Positions 9,206 to 17,630 of a DNA stretch of 37,810 nucleotides are shown here, one piece after another. Position 1 is the stretch's first letter, and every line of letters starts with the position of its first letter. Under the pieces are notes generated by a model. That model did no database searches. It had not been told where the DNA came from and worked only from the letters and a program-made list of their open reading frames with translations. This DNA is from a virus, in UHGV virus genome UHGV-0122784; one strand, 5' to 3'. A program made the translations under genes and the position numbers.

Positions 9206-9512
9206 CAATATCCTGCCTTGAAGCCCAGAGCTTATTGAGCAGCAGATCAACATACTCATCGGCCTCAAAATCCAGTTCTTCGAACGTTTTTCGGTTCTTA
9301 TAGCTGGCCTGTGTATTTCTGATGATGTCATAAGCATCGTGCATGTTGATAACACCGTTTTCAATCAGCTTAATCATCAGATTACCGACCAGCATAAAAC
9401 CGGTTATACCAAAGAATTTATCCTGGTTATTAACAGGGGTGTCTTTCTGGTTTGTTTCGAAATCTGGGTTTTGTTCATCATCCGACACCGTATGTTGTTC
9501 TTGTTCAGCCAT
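9153..9512 (-). CDS. Acidic hypothetical protein (119 aa) encoded antisense to the early operon
   Basis: Minus-strand ORF with its own SD (AAGGAAA, 6-7 nt before the ATG at 9512-9510); fills a stretch (9206-9581) with no plus-strand ORF; locally AT-richer than flanking genes by eye. Confidence 0.6.
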   Translation of the reverse strand: MAEQEQHTVSDDEQNPDFETNQKDTPVNNQDKFFGITGFMLVGNLMIKLIENGVINMHDAYDIIRNTQASYKNRKTFEELDFEADEYVDLLLNKLWASRQDIVNAGNLSSEHTDTDAVE

Positions 9513-9581
9513 AATATTTCCTTTTATGTTATTACTGAATATGGCGGTGTTGCAGCACCGCCTCTTTCCGGAGGTACGATC

Positions 9582-10133
9582 ATGAGTCGCACATCCCTGA
9601 TTAAATTAATCCATGTCGCCCGTCGGGAGCTACAACTCGACGACGACACTTACCGCGCTTTTCTGATGCAGAAAACGGGCAAAATCAGTTGCCGCGAGCT
9701 TACGGTTACGCAACTGGAACAGGTGCTCGATGCCATGAAAGAACGCGGCTTTAAGAAGCTGAATAAATACCCCCGTCGCCGCTTTAAGGAACATGTCACA
9801 CCCCGCGAGAAGGTGTATAAAATCTGGCAGCAGATGGCAGAAGACGGTTTTATTACCGATGGCGGTGATGTGGCGCTGGATAAATATGTTCAGCGCCTGA
9901 CCGCGAAACGCAACGGCGGACAGGGTGTTTCCACGCTGGCGTGGTGTCACGGAGAATCGTTGCAGGTTGTGCTTGAAACCCTGAAACAGTGGCACATCCG
10001 CTGTATTCGTGAAGCCTTTTCCCGCCACGGGTTTCCGTTGCCGGTCAGTCCGTCCGGGCGTGAACTGCGCGGCTATGATGCCATGACGGCGGCTTATGCC
10101 CGTGCAAGAAAAACACGGAGACTGGCACAATGA
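9582..10133 (+). CDS. gemA: GemA (early protein affecting host gene expression/supercoiling)
   Basis: GGAGGT SD + ATG at 9582; the ORF directly precedes mor with an ATGA overlap. The ORF track's upstream extension from 9339 is hydrophobic junk. Confidence 0.8.
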   Translation: MSRTSLIKLIHVARRELQLDDDTYRAFLMQKTGKISCRELTVTQLEQVLDAMKERGFKKLNKYPRRRFKEHVTPREKVYKIWQQMAEDGFITDGGDVALDKYVQRLTAKRNGGQGVSTLAWCHGESLQVVLETLKQWHIRCIREAFSRHGFPLPVSPSGRELRGYDAMTAAYARARKTRRLAQ

Positions 10134-10519
10134 CGCAGGATTTGTTTGGTGACTTTCAGGATGACAGTATCCTGGCTCATCTTGACAATGAATCCGGGGA
10201 TACGTCACGATTTCCGGCACTGCTGGCGGAACTGAACGATGTGCTGCGTCAGGAACTGTCCCGGCTGGGCGTTGAACCGGCGCACTCTCTGGAGATTGTT
10301 GTGGCTATCTGTAAGCATCTGGGCGGCGGTCAGGTCTATATTCCTCGTGGGCAGGTGCTGGATTCACTGGTTCGGGATTTACGAATCTGGAATGATTTTA
10401 ACGGGCGCAATGTTCACGAACTGGCAATTCGTTATGGTGTGACGTTTAACACTGTCTATAAAGCCATCCGACGAATGCGGCGTATAAAATATCGTCAGTA
10501 TCAACCCCCTCTGTTTTAA
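10130..10519 (+). CDS. mor: Middle operon regulator Mor (activator of Pm)
   Basis: 129 aa, last gene before the early terminator; paralogous to C (shared YIP.G, FNGRN, C-terminal HTH). Confidence 0.9.
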   Translation: MTQDLFGDFQDDSILAHLDNESGDTSRFPALLAELNDVLRQELSRLGVEPAHSLEIVVAICKHLGGGQVYIPRGQVLDSLVRDLRIWNDFNGRNVHELAIRYGVTFNTVYKAIRRMRRIKYRQYQPPLF

Positions 10520-10524
10520 ACAGT

Positions 10525-10549
10525 AAAGCCGGTTAATCCGGCTTTTTTT
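10525..10549 (+). terminator. Rho-independent terminator ending the early transcript (Mu t9.2 equivalent)
   Basis: AAAGCCGG-ttaat-CCGGCTTT hairpin followed by a T-run, directly after the mor stop; about 9.2 kb from the Mu left end. Confidence 0.8.
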
Positions 10550-10601
10550 ACGCCCTCAATATTCTGTTGTGACGATAAAACGTTCATGACAGGAGGGCAA
10601 C
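10550..10601 (+). promoter_or_regulatory. Probable middle promoter Pm (Mor-dependent)
   Basis: Located between the early terminator and the first middle-operon ORF; exact Mor site and -10 element not identified by me. Confidence 0.4.
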
Positions 10602-11162
10602 ATGCCTGAGTTTTCCCCTGCATTCCTTCATTCGCTGAATTTCGTTATACGCCCTGATGTTGAAGGTGGCTATGTTAATGATCCTGCCGACCGTGGCGGC
10701 GAAACGAAATACGGTATTTCTGACCGTCGCGACGGTGTTATTGATGGCAAAACCGATGTTAACGGTGACGGAAAACCTGATACCCGCATTAAGGATTTAA
10801 CCCGCGAGCAGGCGGCGCAGATCTACTGGCGTGATTACTGGCTGGCGGCAAAGTGTAACGAATGGCCTGATGGCGTTTCCTTATTCGTTTTTGATGCTGC
10901 CGTTCAGCACGGTGTTAAACGCGCGATTCAGATCCTCCAGGCGGCAGCAGGTGTTGATGATGATGGCATCGTCGGTAAAAACACACGCGCAGCCGTTCTG
11001 CGTGCCGATACTGACTGGCTGCTGTTGCAGTGCTTCCTGCGTCGTTCCCGCTATTACGCAGGGATTATCAAATCCAGTACCTCGCAGGGGAAATATCTGA
11101 ATGGCTGGTTTAACCGTCTGGATCTGCTCGCCAGCGCCTGTCGGGAGGTTCTGCATGGGTAA
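10602..11162 (+). CDS. GH108-like muramidase with C-terminal peptidoglycan-binding domain (predicted)
   Basis: N-terminal motif VEGGYVNDPADRGGETKYGIS is typical of the glycoside hydrolase 108 family; AGGAGGG SD; first ORF of the middle operon. Confidence 0.6.
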   Translation: MPEFSPAFLHSLNFVIRPDVEGGYVNDPADRGGETKYGISDRRDGVIDGKTDVNGDGKPDTRIKDLTREQAAQIYWRDYWLAAKCNEWPDGVSLFVFDAAVQHGVKRAIQILQAAAGVDDDGIVGKNTRAAVLRADTDWLLLQCFLRRSRYYAGIIKSSTSQGKYLNGWFNRLDLLASACREVLHG

Positions 11163-11385
11163 AGGGTGGGATGCGTCCTTTCAGTTCGGCAGGCGTGAAC
11201 GTTTACGACAGGAGGTATTACATCGGGAGGCCGGAGGCCCGCCACCAAAGCCAATGGATTACACAGGGCACGATGGCACCCACGGAAGTTATTACATGAA
11301 AGGCTGGCAGTCCGTTGATATGCCAGAAATTATCCACCATTGCCGGCGCTACAGAGAAAAATACCATGTACAGAAAATTCAGTGA
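11155..11385 (+). CDS. Middle-operon hypothetical protein (~76 aa)
   Basis: ATG 11155 with GGGAGG SD, overlapping the preceding stop (CTGCATGGGTAA). Confidence 0.5.
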   Translation: MGKGWDASFQFGRRERLRQEVLHREAGGPPPKPMDYTGHDGTHGSYYMKGWQSVDMPEIIHHCRRYREKYHVQKIQ

Positions 11386-11497
11386 TGAATGTTTCGGGCC
11401 GTCCACGCTGATTAGTGCGATAAAAGTGATTGCCCTTGTGGTTCTGATAACCATCAGTGCCGTGGTGTATCTTTCTGTCTGTTAACCGGGGGAAAAT

Positions 11498-11920
11498 ATG
11501 CAGCATGATTTATTTGAACACGATCCGGCAATTCGCCAGTTAATCGGACATATTGATAACATTCCGGCCCCGGAACTGGAATCACGCTGGCCCCGTTCGG
11601 TGGTTGATCTGATTGATGTTCTGGAAAACGAACTGAAACGCCAGAACGTCAGCAATCCCCGTGAGCTTGCCCGTAAACAGGCCGTTGCCCTGTCCTGTTT
11701 TCTGGGCGGGCGGCAGTTTTACATCCCCTGCGGCGATACGATCCTGACCGCGTTACGCGACGATTTGCTTTACTGCCAGTTCAATGGTCGTAACATGGAA
11801 GAACTGCGTCGCCAGTATCGCCTGTCCCAGCCGCAGATCTACCAGATTATTGCCCGCCAGAGAAAGCTGCATACACGACGTCATCAGCCTGATCTGTTCT
11901 CACCTGAAAGCCAGAAATAA
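11498..11920 (+). CDS. C: Late transcription activator C
   Basis: 140 aa; recognised as Mu C; paralogue of Mor. Confidence 0.92.
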   Translation: MQHDLFEHDPAIRQLIGHIDNIPAPELESRWPRSVVDLIDVLENELKRQNVSNPRELARKQAVALSCFLGGRQFYIPCGDTILTALRDDLLYCQFNGRNMEELRRQYRLSQPQIYQIIARQRKLHTRRHQPDLFSPESQK

Positions 11921-11943
11921 CCGGCATCCTGCCGGTTATTTCC
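11919..11943 (+). terminator. Possible terminator of the middle transcript
   Basis: AACCGGCA-tcc-TGCCGGTT hairpin right after the C stop, followed by a weak T tract (ATTTCC). Confidence 0.4.
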
Positions 11944-12014
11944 TGTCACCATAATCCCGCACCTGCCATCTGATTTTTTAGACTGCCATCAGAGCATTTT
12001 TTCAGGGAAGCATG

Positions 12015-12530
12015 ATGGCGGGGATACCAAAAAAACTGAAAGCCGCACTGCTGGCGGCAACGATTGCCGGTGGCGGTGTGGGTGGTTATCAGGAAATGAC
12101 CCGTCAGTCTCTGATCCATCTGGAAAATATCGCTTATATGCCTTACCGCGATATTGCCGGTGTGCTTACGGTCTGTGTGGGACATACCGGGCCGGATATC
12201 GAAATGCGCCGTTACAGCCATGCGGAGTGTATGGCTCTTCTCGACAGTGATTTAAAACCGGTTTATGCGGCAATCGATCGTCTTGTCAGGGTGCCGCTGA
12301 CGCCATATCAGAAAACGGCGCTGGCAACGTTTATTTTCAACACCGGTGTTACCGCATTCAGTAAATCAACGCTGCTGAAAAAACTCAATGCCGGTGATTA
12401 CGCCGGAGCGCGTGACCAGATGGCCCGCTGGGTGTTTGCCGCAGGCCATAAATGGAAAGGACTGATGAACCGTCGCGAAGTGGAAATGGCTATCTGGAAT
12501 ATCAGGGGGGCGGATGACCTTCGCCAGTAA
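12015..12530 (+). CDS. lys: SAR endolysin Lys (lysozyme-type muramidase with N-terminal signal-anchor-release domain)
   Basis: N-terminus MAGIPKKLKAALLAATIAGGGVGGY (Lys-Lys at positions 6-7, then a weakly hydrophobic Gly/Ala-rich TMD); start taken as the second ATG. Confidence 0.9.
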   Translation: MAGIPKKLKAALLAATIAGGGVGGYQEMTRQSLIHLENIAYMPYRDIAGVLTVCVGHTGPDIEMRRYSHAECMALLDSDLKPVYAAIDRLVRVPLTPYQKTALATFIFNTGVTAFSKSTLLKKLNAGDYAGARDQMARWVFAAGHKWKGLMNRREVEMAIWNIRGADDLRQ

Positions 12531-12900
12531 AAGTTTACTTCTGGCAGCCGTGTTTGCCGCCGTTCTGTCCGGGGTGTTGTGGCACAGGCTGGACAGCACC
12601 CGCCACGATAACCAGACGCTGCGCCGTAAATTACAGACGGAGCAACAGGCCCGCCACACTGCTGAATGGTTGTTACACAGTCAGGAACAGACGATGCAGG
12701 TATTTTCCGCTATCCGTGCCGCAAATCGTGCCGCACGGCTGGCAGATGAGACAGAACATCATGATGCAAAAGAAAAAATTACAACCGCCATTACCGGTGA
12801 CAATTGCAGCACTCGTCCTGTGCCTGCCGTTGCTGCTGACAGGTTGCGGGAACTCGAAAAACGCACCCGTGCCATCGGTGGTGATCCTGCCCGAAACTGA
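12514..12900 (+). CDS. Inner-membrane spanin subunit (i-spanin, Rz-like)
   Basis: N-terminal TMD (SLLLAAVFAAVLSGVLW) followed by a charged coiled-coil-like periplasmic domain; directly after lys. Confidence 0.8.
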   Translation: MTFASKSLLLAAVFAAVLSGVLWHRLDSTRHDNQTLRRKLQTEQQARHTAEWLLHSQEQTMQVFSAIRAANRAARLADETEHHDAKEKITTAITGDNCSTRPVPAVAADRLRELEKRTRAIGGDPARN

Positions 12901-13102
12901 TGCAGAACTGACGGAAGCAACGCCCGTTCCGCCCATGCCACAGCCCCTGACGTGGGGAGCATCCCTGCTCTGGAATGCTGACCTGCTGATGGCGCTCGGG
13001 CAGTGCAACCGCGACAAGGCATCAGTCCGGGAACAGGAGACCCGGAGGAAAGAAATTTATGAACGAAGACCAGAACCGGGCGGTGGCGCTGCTGCTCGCT
13101 GA
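12761..13102 (+). CDS. Outer-membrane lipoprotein spanin subunit (o-spanin, Rz1-like), overlapping the i-spanin gene in the +1 frame
   Basis: Internal ATG-ATG start giving MMQKKKLQPPLPVTIAALVLCLPLLLTGC: lipoprotein signal with LLTGC lipobox, followed by a Pro-rich mature region. Confidence 0.7.
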   Translation: MMQKKKLQPPLPVTIAALVLCLPLLLTGCGNSKNAPVPSVVILPETDAELTEATPVPPMPQPLTWGASLLWNADLLMALGQCNRDKASVREQETRRKEIYERRPEPGGGAAAR

Positions 13103-13253
13103 ACTCTGGCAGGGGAATACCCGTGATATTCCCCGTCCGGCGGCGTATGACCCGCCTGTATTGTGCGCCGGTTGCGGTCGTGAGCTGCGGCCTGATGTGC
13201 TGAGACAGCAGCCGATGGCGAACTACTGCCACTGGTGCCGTGGAGCAGAATAA
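13059..13253 (+). CDS. Small hypothetical protein with CxxC...CxxC motif (64 aa)
   Basis: GGAGGAAAG SD; zinc-finger-like CAGC / CHWC pair; stop overlaps the next start (TAATG). Confidence 0.6.
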   Translation: MNEDQNRAVALLLAELWQGNTRDIPRPAAYDPPVLCAGCGRELRPDVLRQQPMANYCHWCRGAE

Positions 13254-13555
13254 TGGATTCAGTTTTAGCGTTATGGCCTTACCTGTTGTACCTGTTGCCT
13301 GTCGCCGCCGGTGGGGCCGTCTGGGCGATGCGTCGTAGTTTTGCCAGCACCGAGCGTGTGGAGCGTCTTGAAAACCGGATGACCGAAATGGAAACCCGCT
13401 ACGCCAGCATCCCTGGCACAGAAGATGTACACGAAATGCGCCTGCGAATTGCAGAGCTGTCCGGCGATATCCGGGTGCTGTCCCAGCGGGTGCAGTCATT
13501 TTCCCATCAACTGGAGCTGCTGCTTGAAAATGCAGTAAACCGGAGTAATTCATGA
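13253..13555 (+). CDS. Membrane-tethered releasin-like protein (Mu gp25 equivalent)
   Basis: 100 aa; N-terminal TMD (VLALWPYLLYLLPVAAGGAVWA) followed by a charged cytoplasmic domain; positioned last in the lysis cluster. Confidence 0.65.
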   Translation: MDSVLALWPYLLYLLPVAAGGAVWAMRRSFASTERVERLENRMTEMETRYASIPGTEDVHEMRLRIAELSGDIRVLSQRVQSFSHQLELLLENAVNRSNS

Positions 13556-13842
13556 TTAACGATATTCTGACCGAAGACCGTCGTCTGGTCATCCTGCGTT
13601 CCCTGATGGACTGCAATAACGAAGCCAACGAATCCATCCTTCAGGACTGTCTGGATGCATACGGACACAACGTTTCCCGTGATGTGGTTCGCGGCCAGAT
13701 TGACTGGCTGGCAGAGCAGCAACTGGTCACCGTGGAAAACCTGCGCGGCTTTTATGTCGTAACGCTGACCTCCCGTGGTCAGGATGTGGCGGAAGGCCGT
13801 GCCCGCATTGCCGGTGTCAAGCGTCCGCGTCCCCGTGCATGA
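13552..13842 (+). CDS. Late hypothetical protein (96 aa)
   Basis: ORF with ATGA overlap to the previous gene. Confidence 0.6.
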   Translation: MINDILTEDRRLVILRSLMDCNNEANESILQDCLDAYGHNVSRDVVRGQIDWLAEQQLVTVENLRGFYVVTLTSRGQDVAEGRARIAGVKRPRPRA

Positions 13843-13853
13843 CAGGAGGCGTG

Positions 13854-14429
13854 ATGGACAGGAAAACACGGGGACGGGCTTCAAAAGTGGATTTACTGCC
13901 GGAAAACGTACGTAAAACGCTGCATGAAATGCTGCGTGATAAGGCGATCCCACAGGCCCGTATTCTTGAAGAAATTAACGCACTGATTGAAGACGCTGGC
14001 CTGCCGGATGAGATGAAACTCTCCCGTTCCGGTCTGAACCGTTACGCGACGAACGTCGAGCAGGTAGGCCATAACCTGCGACAGATGCGTGAAATGACGT
14101 CAGCACTGACCGCAGAACTTGGCGACAAGCCAATGGGAGAAACCACAAAGCTGATTCTGGAAATGGCCCGCAGCCAGCTTTTTAAGGCCATGATGCGGCA
14201 AATCGAAAACCCGGAATCTGACGTGGATATTGACCTGCTGAAAAATGCCATGCTGGCGGCACAGCGTCTGGAATCCACGGCAATGTCCAGCCACCGGCGC
14301 GAGAAAGAAATCCGCCAGGCATTCGCAGAAGAAGCGGCAAACGCCGTCAGTGAAGAACTGCGCGGGCAGGATGGCATCAGCGAAGAGCTGGAGCAGCGTA
14401 TCCGTGATGTGCTGCTGGGTAAGGCATGA
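13854..14429 (+). CDS. Probable terminase small subunit
   Basis: ORF immediately upstream of the terminase large subunit; AGGAGG SD before ATG 13854 (the ORF track starts at 13839). Confidence 0.6.
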   Translation: MDRKTRGRASKVDLLPENVRKTLHEMLRDKAIPQARILEEINALIEDAGLPDEMKLSRSGLNRYATNVEQVGHNLRQMREMTSALTAELGDKPMGETTKLILEMARSQLFKAMMRQIENPESDVDIDLLKNAMLAAQRLESTAMSSHRREKEIRQAFAEEAANAVSEELRGQDGISEELEQRIRDVLLGKA

Positions 14430-14436
14430 GAGGGTT

Positions 14437-16092
14437 ATGAACACCAGAGAAAACAACCTTAAAGCCCTTCATGCGCCCCGCAAAATCAACCTGCGTGAGG
14501 AAGCCGAACTGCTCGGCGTGAATATCGTGACCGATATCGGTGAAGCACAGCCCCGCAATGAACCGGTTTTCCTGGGTTATCAGCGCCGCTGGTTTGAGGA
14601 TGAAAGCCAGATTTGCATCGCTGAAAAATCCCGTCGTACCGGTCTGACATGGGCCGAAGCGGGCCGCAATGTCATGACGGCAGCAAAGCCGCGTCGCCGT
14701 GGCGGTCGCAACGTTTTTTATGTGGGTTCCCGTCAGGAAATGGCGCTGGAATATATCGCCGCCTGTGCCCTGTTTGCCCGCGCCTTTAACCAGCTGGCAA
14801 AGGCTGACGTATGGGAGCAGACCTTCTGGGACAGCGACAAAAAAGAAGAAATCCTCACTTATATGATCCGTTTCCCTAACAGCGGATTTAAGGTGCAGGC
14901 GCTGTCAAGCCGTCCGTCTAACCTGCGTGGTTTGCAGGGGGACGTGGTGATTGATGAGGCGGCATTTCATGAAGCCCTGGACGAACTCCTGAAAGCGGCC
15001 TTTGCGCTCACCATGTGGGGTGCCCGCGTGCGGATCATATCGACACATAACGGCGTCGATAACCTGTTTAACCAGTACATTCAGGATGCGCGCGAGGGGC
15101 GCAAGGATTACAGCGTTCACCGCATCACGCTGGATGATGCCATCGCTGACGGGTTGTACCGACGTATCTGTTACGTCACGAATCAGCCGTGGTCGCCGGA
15201 AGCGGAAAAAGCCTGGCGTGATGGCCTGTACCGGAATGCGCCGAATAAAGAGAGTGCCGACGAGGAATACGGCTGCATTCCCAAAAAATCCGGGGGCGCT
15301 TATCTGTCACGCGTGCTGATTGAAGCCGCCATGACGCCAGTGCGGGATATCCCGATTCTGCGTTTTGAAGCCCCGGACGATTTTGAATCGCTGACACCAC
15401 AAATGCGCCACGGCATCGTTCAGGACTGGTGTGAACAGGAGCTGCTCCCGTTGCTCGATGCGCTGTCGCCGCTCAATAAACACGTACTGGGCGAAGACTT
15501 TGCACGCCGTGGCGACCTGACGGTGTTTGTGCCGCTTGCCATCACGCCTGACTTACGCAAACGCGAATGTTTCCGCGTGGAGCTGCGTAATGTGACCTAT
15601 GACCAGCAGCGACAAATCCTTTTATTCATTCTGTCCCGTTTGCCCCGTTTTACCGGCGCTGCATTTGATGCCACCGGTAACGGCGGTTATCTGGCAGAAG
15701 CCGCCCGTCTGATTTATGGCCCGGAGATGATCGACTGTGTGAATCTGACCGCATCCTGGTATCAGGAGTGGATGCCAAAACTGAAAGGCGAGTTTGAAGC
15801 GCAGAACATCACGATTGCCCGGCACCAGACCACACTTGATGACCTGCTCCACATCAAGGTGGACAAAGGTATTCCGCAGATTGATAAGGGGCGCACAAAA
15901 GATGAAGGCGGTAAAGGCCGACGACATGGCGACTTTGCCGTGGCGCTCTGTATGGCTGTCAGGGCGTCTTATATGAATGGTTTTGTTATCGACGAGGACA
16001 GCATACAGGCGCTGCCACCACGCCACCGTGGTGATGATGTTGATAACGATGATTTTGATGATTATCACCAGTTTGAACGAGGGGGCTGGTAA
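14437..16092 (+). CDS. Terminase large subunit
   Basis: 551-aa protein starting MNTRENNLKAL at ATG 14437 (GAGAGGG SD); the ORF track's upstream extension from 14245 is rejected; followed by portal. Confidence 0.85.
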   Translation: MNTRENNLKALHAPRKINLREEAELLGVNIVTDIGEAQPRNEPVFLGYQRRWFEDESQICIAEKSRRTGLTWAEAGRNVMTAAKPRRRGGRNVFYVGSRQEMALEYIAACALFARAFNQLAKADVWEQTFWDSDKKEEILTYMIRFPNSGFKVQALSSRPSNLRGLQGDVVIDEAAFHEALDELLKAAFALTMWGARVRIISTHNGVDNLFNQYIQDAREGRKDYSVHRITLDDAIADGLYRRICYVTNQPWSPEAEKAWRDGLYRNAPNKESADEEYGCIPKKSGGAYLSRVLIEAAMTPVRDIPILRFEAPDDFESLTPQMRHGIVQDWCEQELLPLLDALSPLNKHVLGEDFARRGDLTVFVPLAITPDLRKRECFRVELRNVTYDQQRQILLFILSRLPRFTGAAFDATGNGGYLAEAARLIYGPEMIDCVNLTASWYQEWMPKLKGEFEAQNITIARHQTTLDDLLHIKVDKGIPQIDKGRTKDEGGKGRRHGDFAVALCMAVRASYMNGFVIDEDSIQALPPRHRGDDVDNDDFDDYHQFERGGW

Positions 16093-17630
16093 TGGGCCGT
16101 ATTCTGGATATTTCCGGGCAGCCGTTTGATTTTGACGATGAAATGCAGACCCGCAGCGATGAGCTGGCAATGGTCATGAAGCGCACGCAGGAGCATCCTT
16201 CCAGTGGTGTGACGCCGAACCGGGCCGCGCAGATGCTGCGTGATGCCGAACGCGGTGATCTGACAGCACAGGCTGACCTGGCCTTTGATATGGAAGAAAA
16301 GGACACCCACCTTTTTTCCGAACTGAGCAAACGCCGCCTTGCCATTCAGGCGCTGGAATGGCGCATCGCTCCGGCACGTGATGCCAGCGCACAGGAGAAA
16401 AAAGACGCTGACATGCTGAATGAATATCTGCATGATGCGGCGTGGTTTGAAGATGCCCTGTTTGATGCCGGTGATGCCATTCTCAAGGGCTATTCCATGC
16501 AGGAGATTGAATGGGGCTGGCTGGGGAAAATGCGCGTGCCGGTGGCGCTGCATCATCGCGATCCGGCGCTGTTCTGCGCGAACCCCGACAATCTGAACGA
16601 ATTACGCCTGCGTGATGCGTCTTATCACGGGCTGGAGCTGCAACCGTTCGGCTGGTTTATGCACCGGGCCAAATCCCGCACCGGGTATGTCGGCACCAAT
16701 GGCCTTGTGCGCACGCTTATCTGGCCTTTTATTTTTAAAAACTATTCCGTGCGTGATTTTGCAGAGTTTCTGGAAATTTACGGACTCCCCATGCGCGTCG
16801 GTAAATATCCGACCGGCTCAACGAACCGCGAGAAAGCCACGCTGATGCAGGCCGTGATGGATATCGGGCGACGTGCCGGTGGCATTATTCCGATGGGGAT
16901 GACGCTGGATTTTCAGAGCGCCGCAGATGGTCAGTCAGACCCTTTTATGGCGATGATTGGCTGGGCAGAAAAAGCGATTTCAAAAGCCATTCTGGGCGGC
17001 ACCCTGACCACAGAGGCTGGCGATAAAGGTGCGCGGTCGCTGGGTGAAGTGCATGATGAGGTTCGCCGGGAAATCCGTAACGCGGATGTGGGCCAGCTTG
17101 CCCGCAGTATTAACCGTGACCTGATTTATCCCCTGCTGGCACTGAACAGTGACAGCACCATTGATATTAACCGCCTGCCGGGCATTGTATTTGATACCAG
17201 TGAAGCGGGTGATATTACGGCACTGTCTGACGCCATTCCGAAACTGGCGGCGGGAATGCGTATTCCGGTCTCCTGGATACAGGAAAAACTTCATATTCCA
17301 CAGCCGGTCGGTGATGAAGCCGTGTTTACTGCTCAACCGGTCGTCATGGATAACGGTCCGCAGAAAGAGGCCGCATTATCCGCTGAAGATATCCCGCTGG
17401 AGGATGATATCGACCGGATGGGCGTCTCACCGGAAGACTGGCAGCGTTCGGTTGATCCCCTGCTGAAACCCGTCATTTTTTCGGTGCTGAAAGATGGCCC
17501 GGAAGCCGCCATGAACAAAGCCGCTTCATTATATCCGCAGATGGATGATGCAGAACTTATCGACATGCTGACCCGTGCCATTTTTGTTGCCGATATATGG
17601 GGGCGTCTGGATGCCGCAGCAGACCATTGA
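16092..17630 (+). CDS. H: Portal protein
   Basis: 512 aa, Mu gpH position; TAATG overlap with the terminase stop. Confidence 0.85.
   Translation: MGRILDISGQPFDFDDEMQTRSDELAMVMKRTQEHPSSGVTPNRAAQMLRDAERGDLTAQADLAFDMEEKDTHLFSELSKRRLAIQALEWRIAPARDASAQEKKDADMLNEYLHDAAWFEDALFDAGDAILKGYSMQEIEWGWLGKMRVPVALHHRDPALFCANPDNLNELRLRDASYHGLELQPFGWFMHRAKSRTGYVGTNGLVRTLIWPFIFKNYSVRDFAEFLEIYGLPMRVGKYPTGSTNREKATLMQAVMDIGRRAGGIIPMGMTLDFQSAADGQSDPFMAMIGWAEKAISKAILGGTLTTEAGDKGARSLGEVHDEVRREIRNADVGQLARSINRDLIYPLLALNSDSTIDINRLPGIVFDTSEAGDITALSDAIPKLAAGMRIPVSWIQEKLHIPQPVGDEAVFTAQPVVMDNGPQKEAALSAEDIPLEDDIDRMGVSPEDWQRSVDPLLKPVIFSVLKDGPEAAMNKAASLYPQMDDAELIDMLTRAIFVADIWGRLDAAADH

Noticed and set aside
9339-9581. N-terminal extension of the gemA ORF given by the ORF track
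   Set aside because: The extension is hydrophobic junk overlapping the antisense gene; a good SD + ATG at 9582 gives the expected GemA N-terminus MSRTSLIKL.
12759-13637. 292-aa minus-strand ORF antisense to the spanin, gp24-like and releasin genes
   Set aside because: Lies entirely opposite well-supported plus-strand genes with SDs and overlapping stop/start codons; Arg/Ala/Pro-rich translation typical of an antisense frame in GC-rich coding DNA; no SD.
14245-14436. N-terminal extension of the terminase large-subunit ORF
   Set aside because: Overlaps the end of the upstream gene in another frame; SD + ATG at 14437 gives a sensible start.
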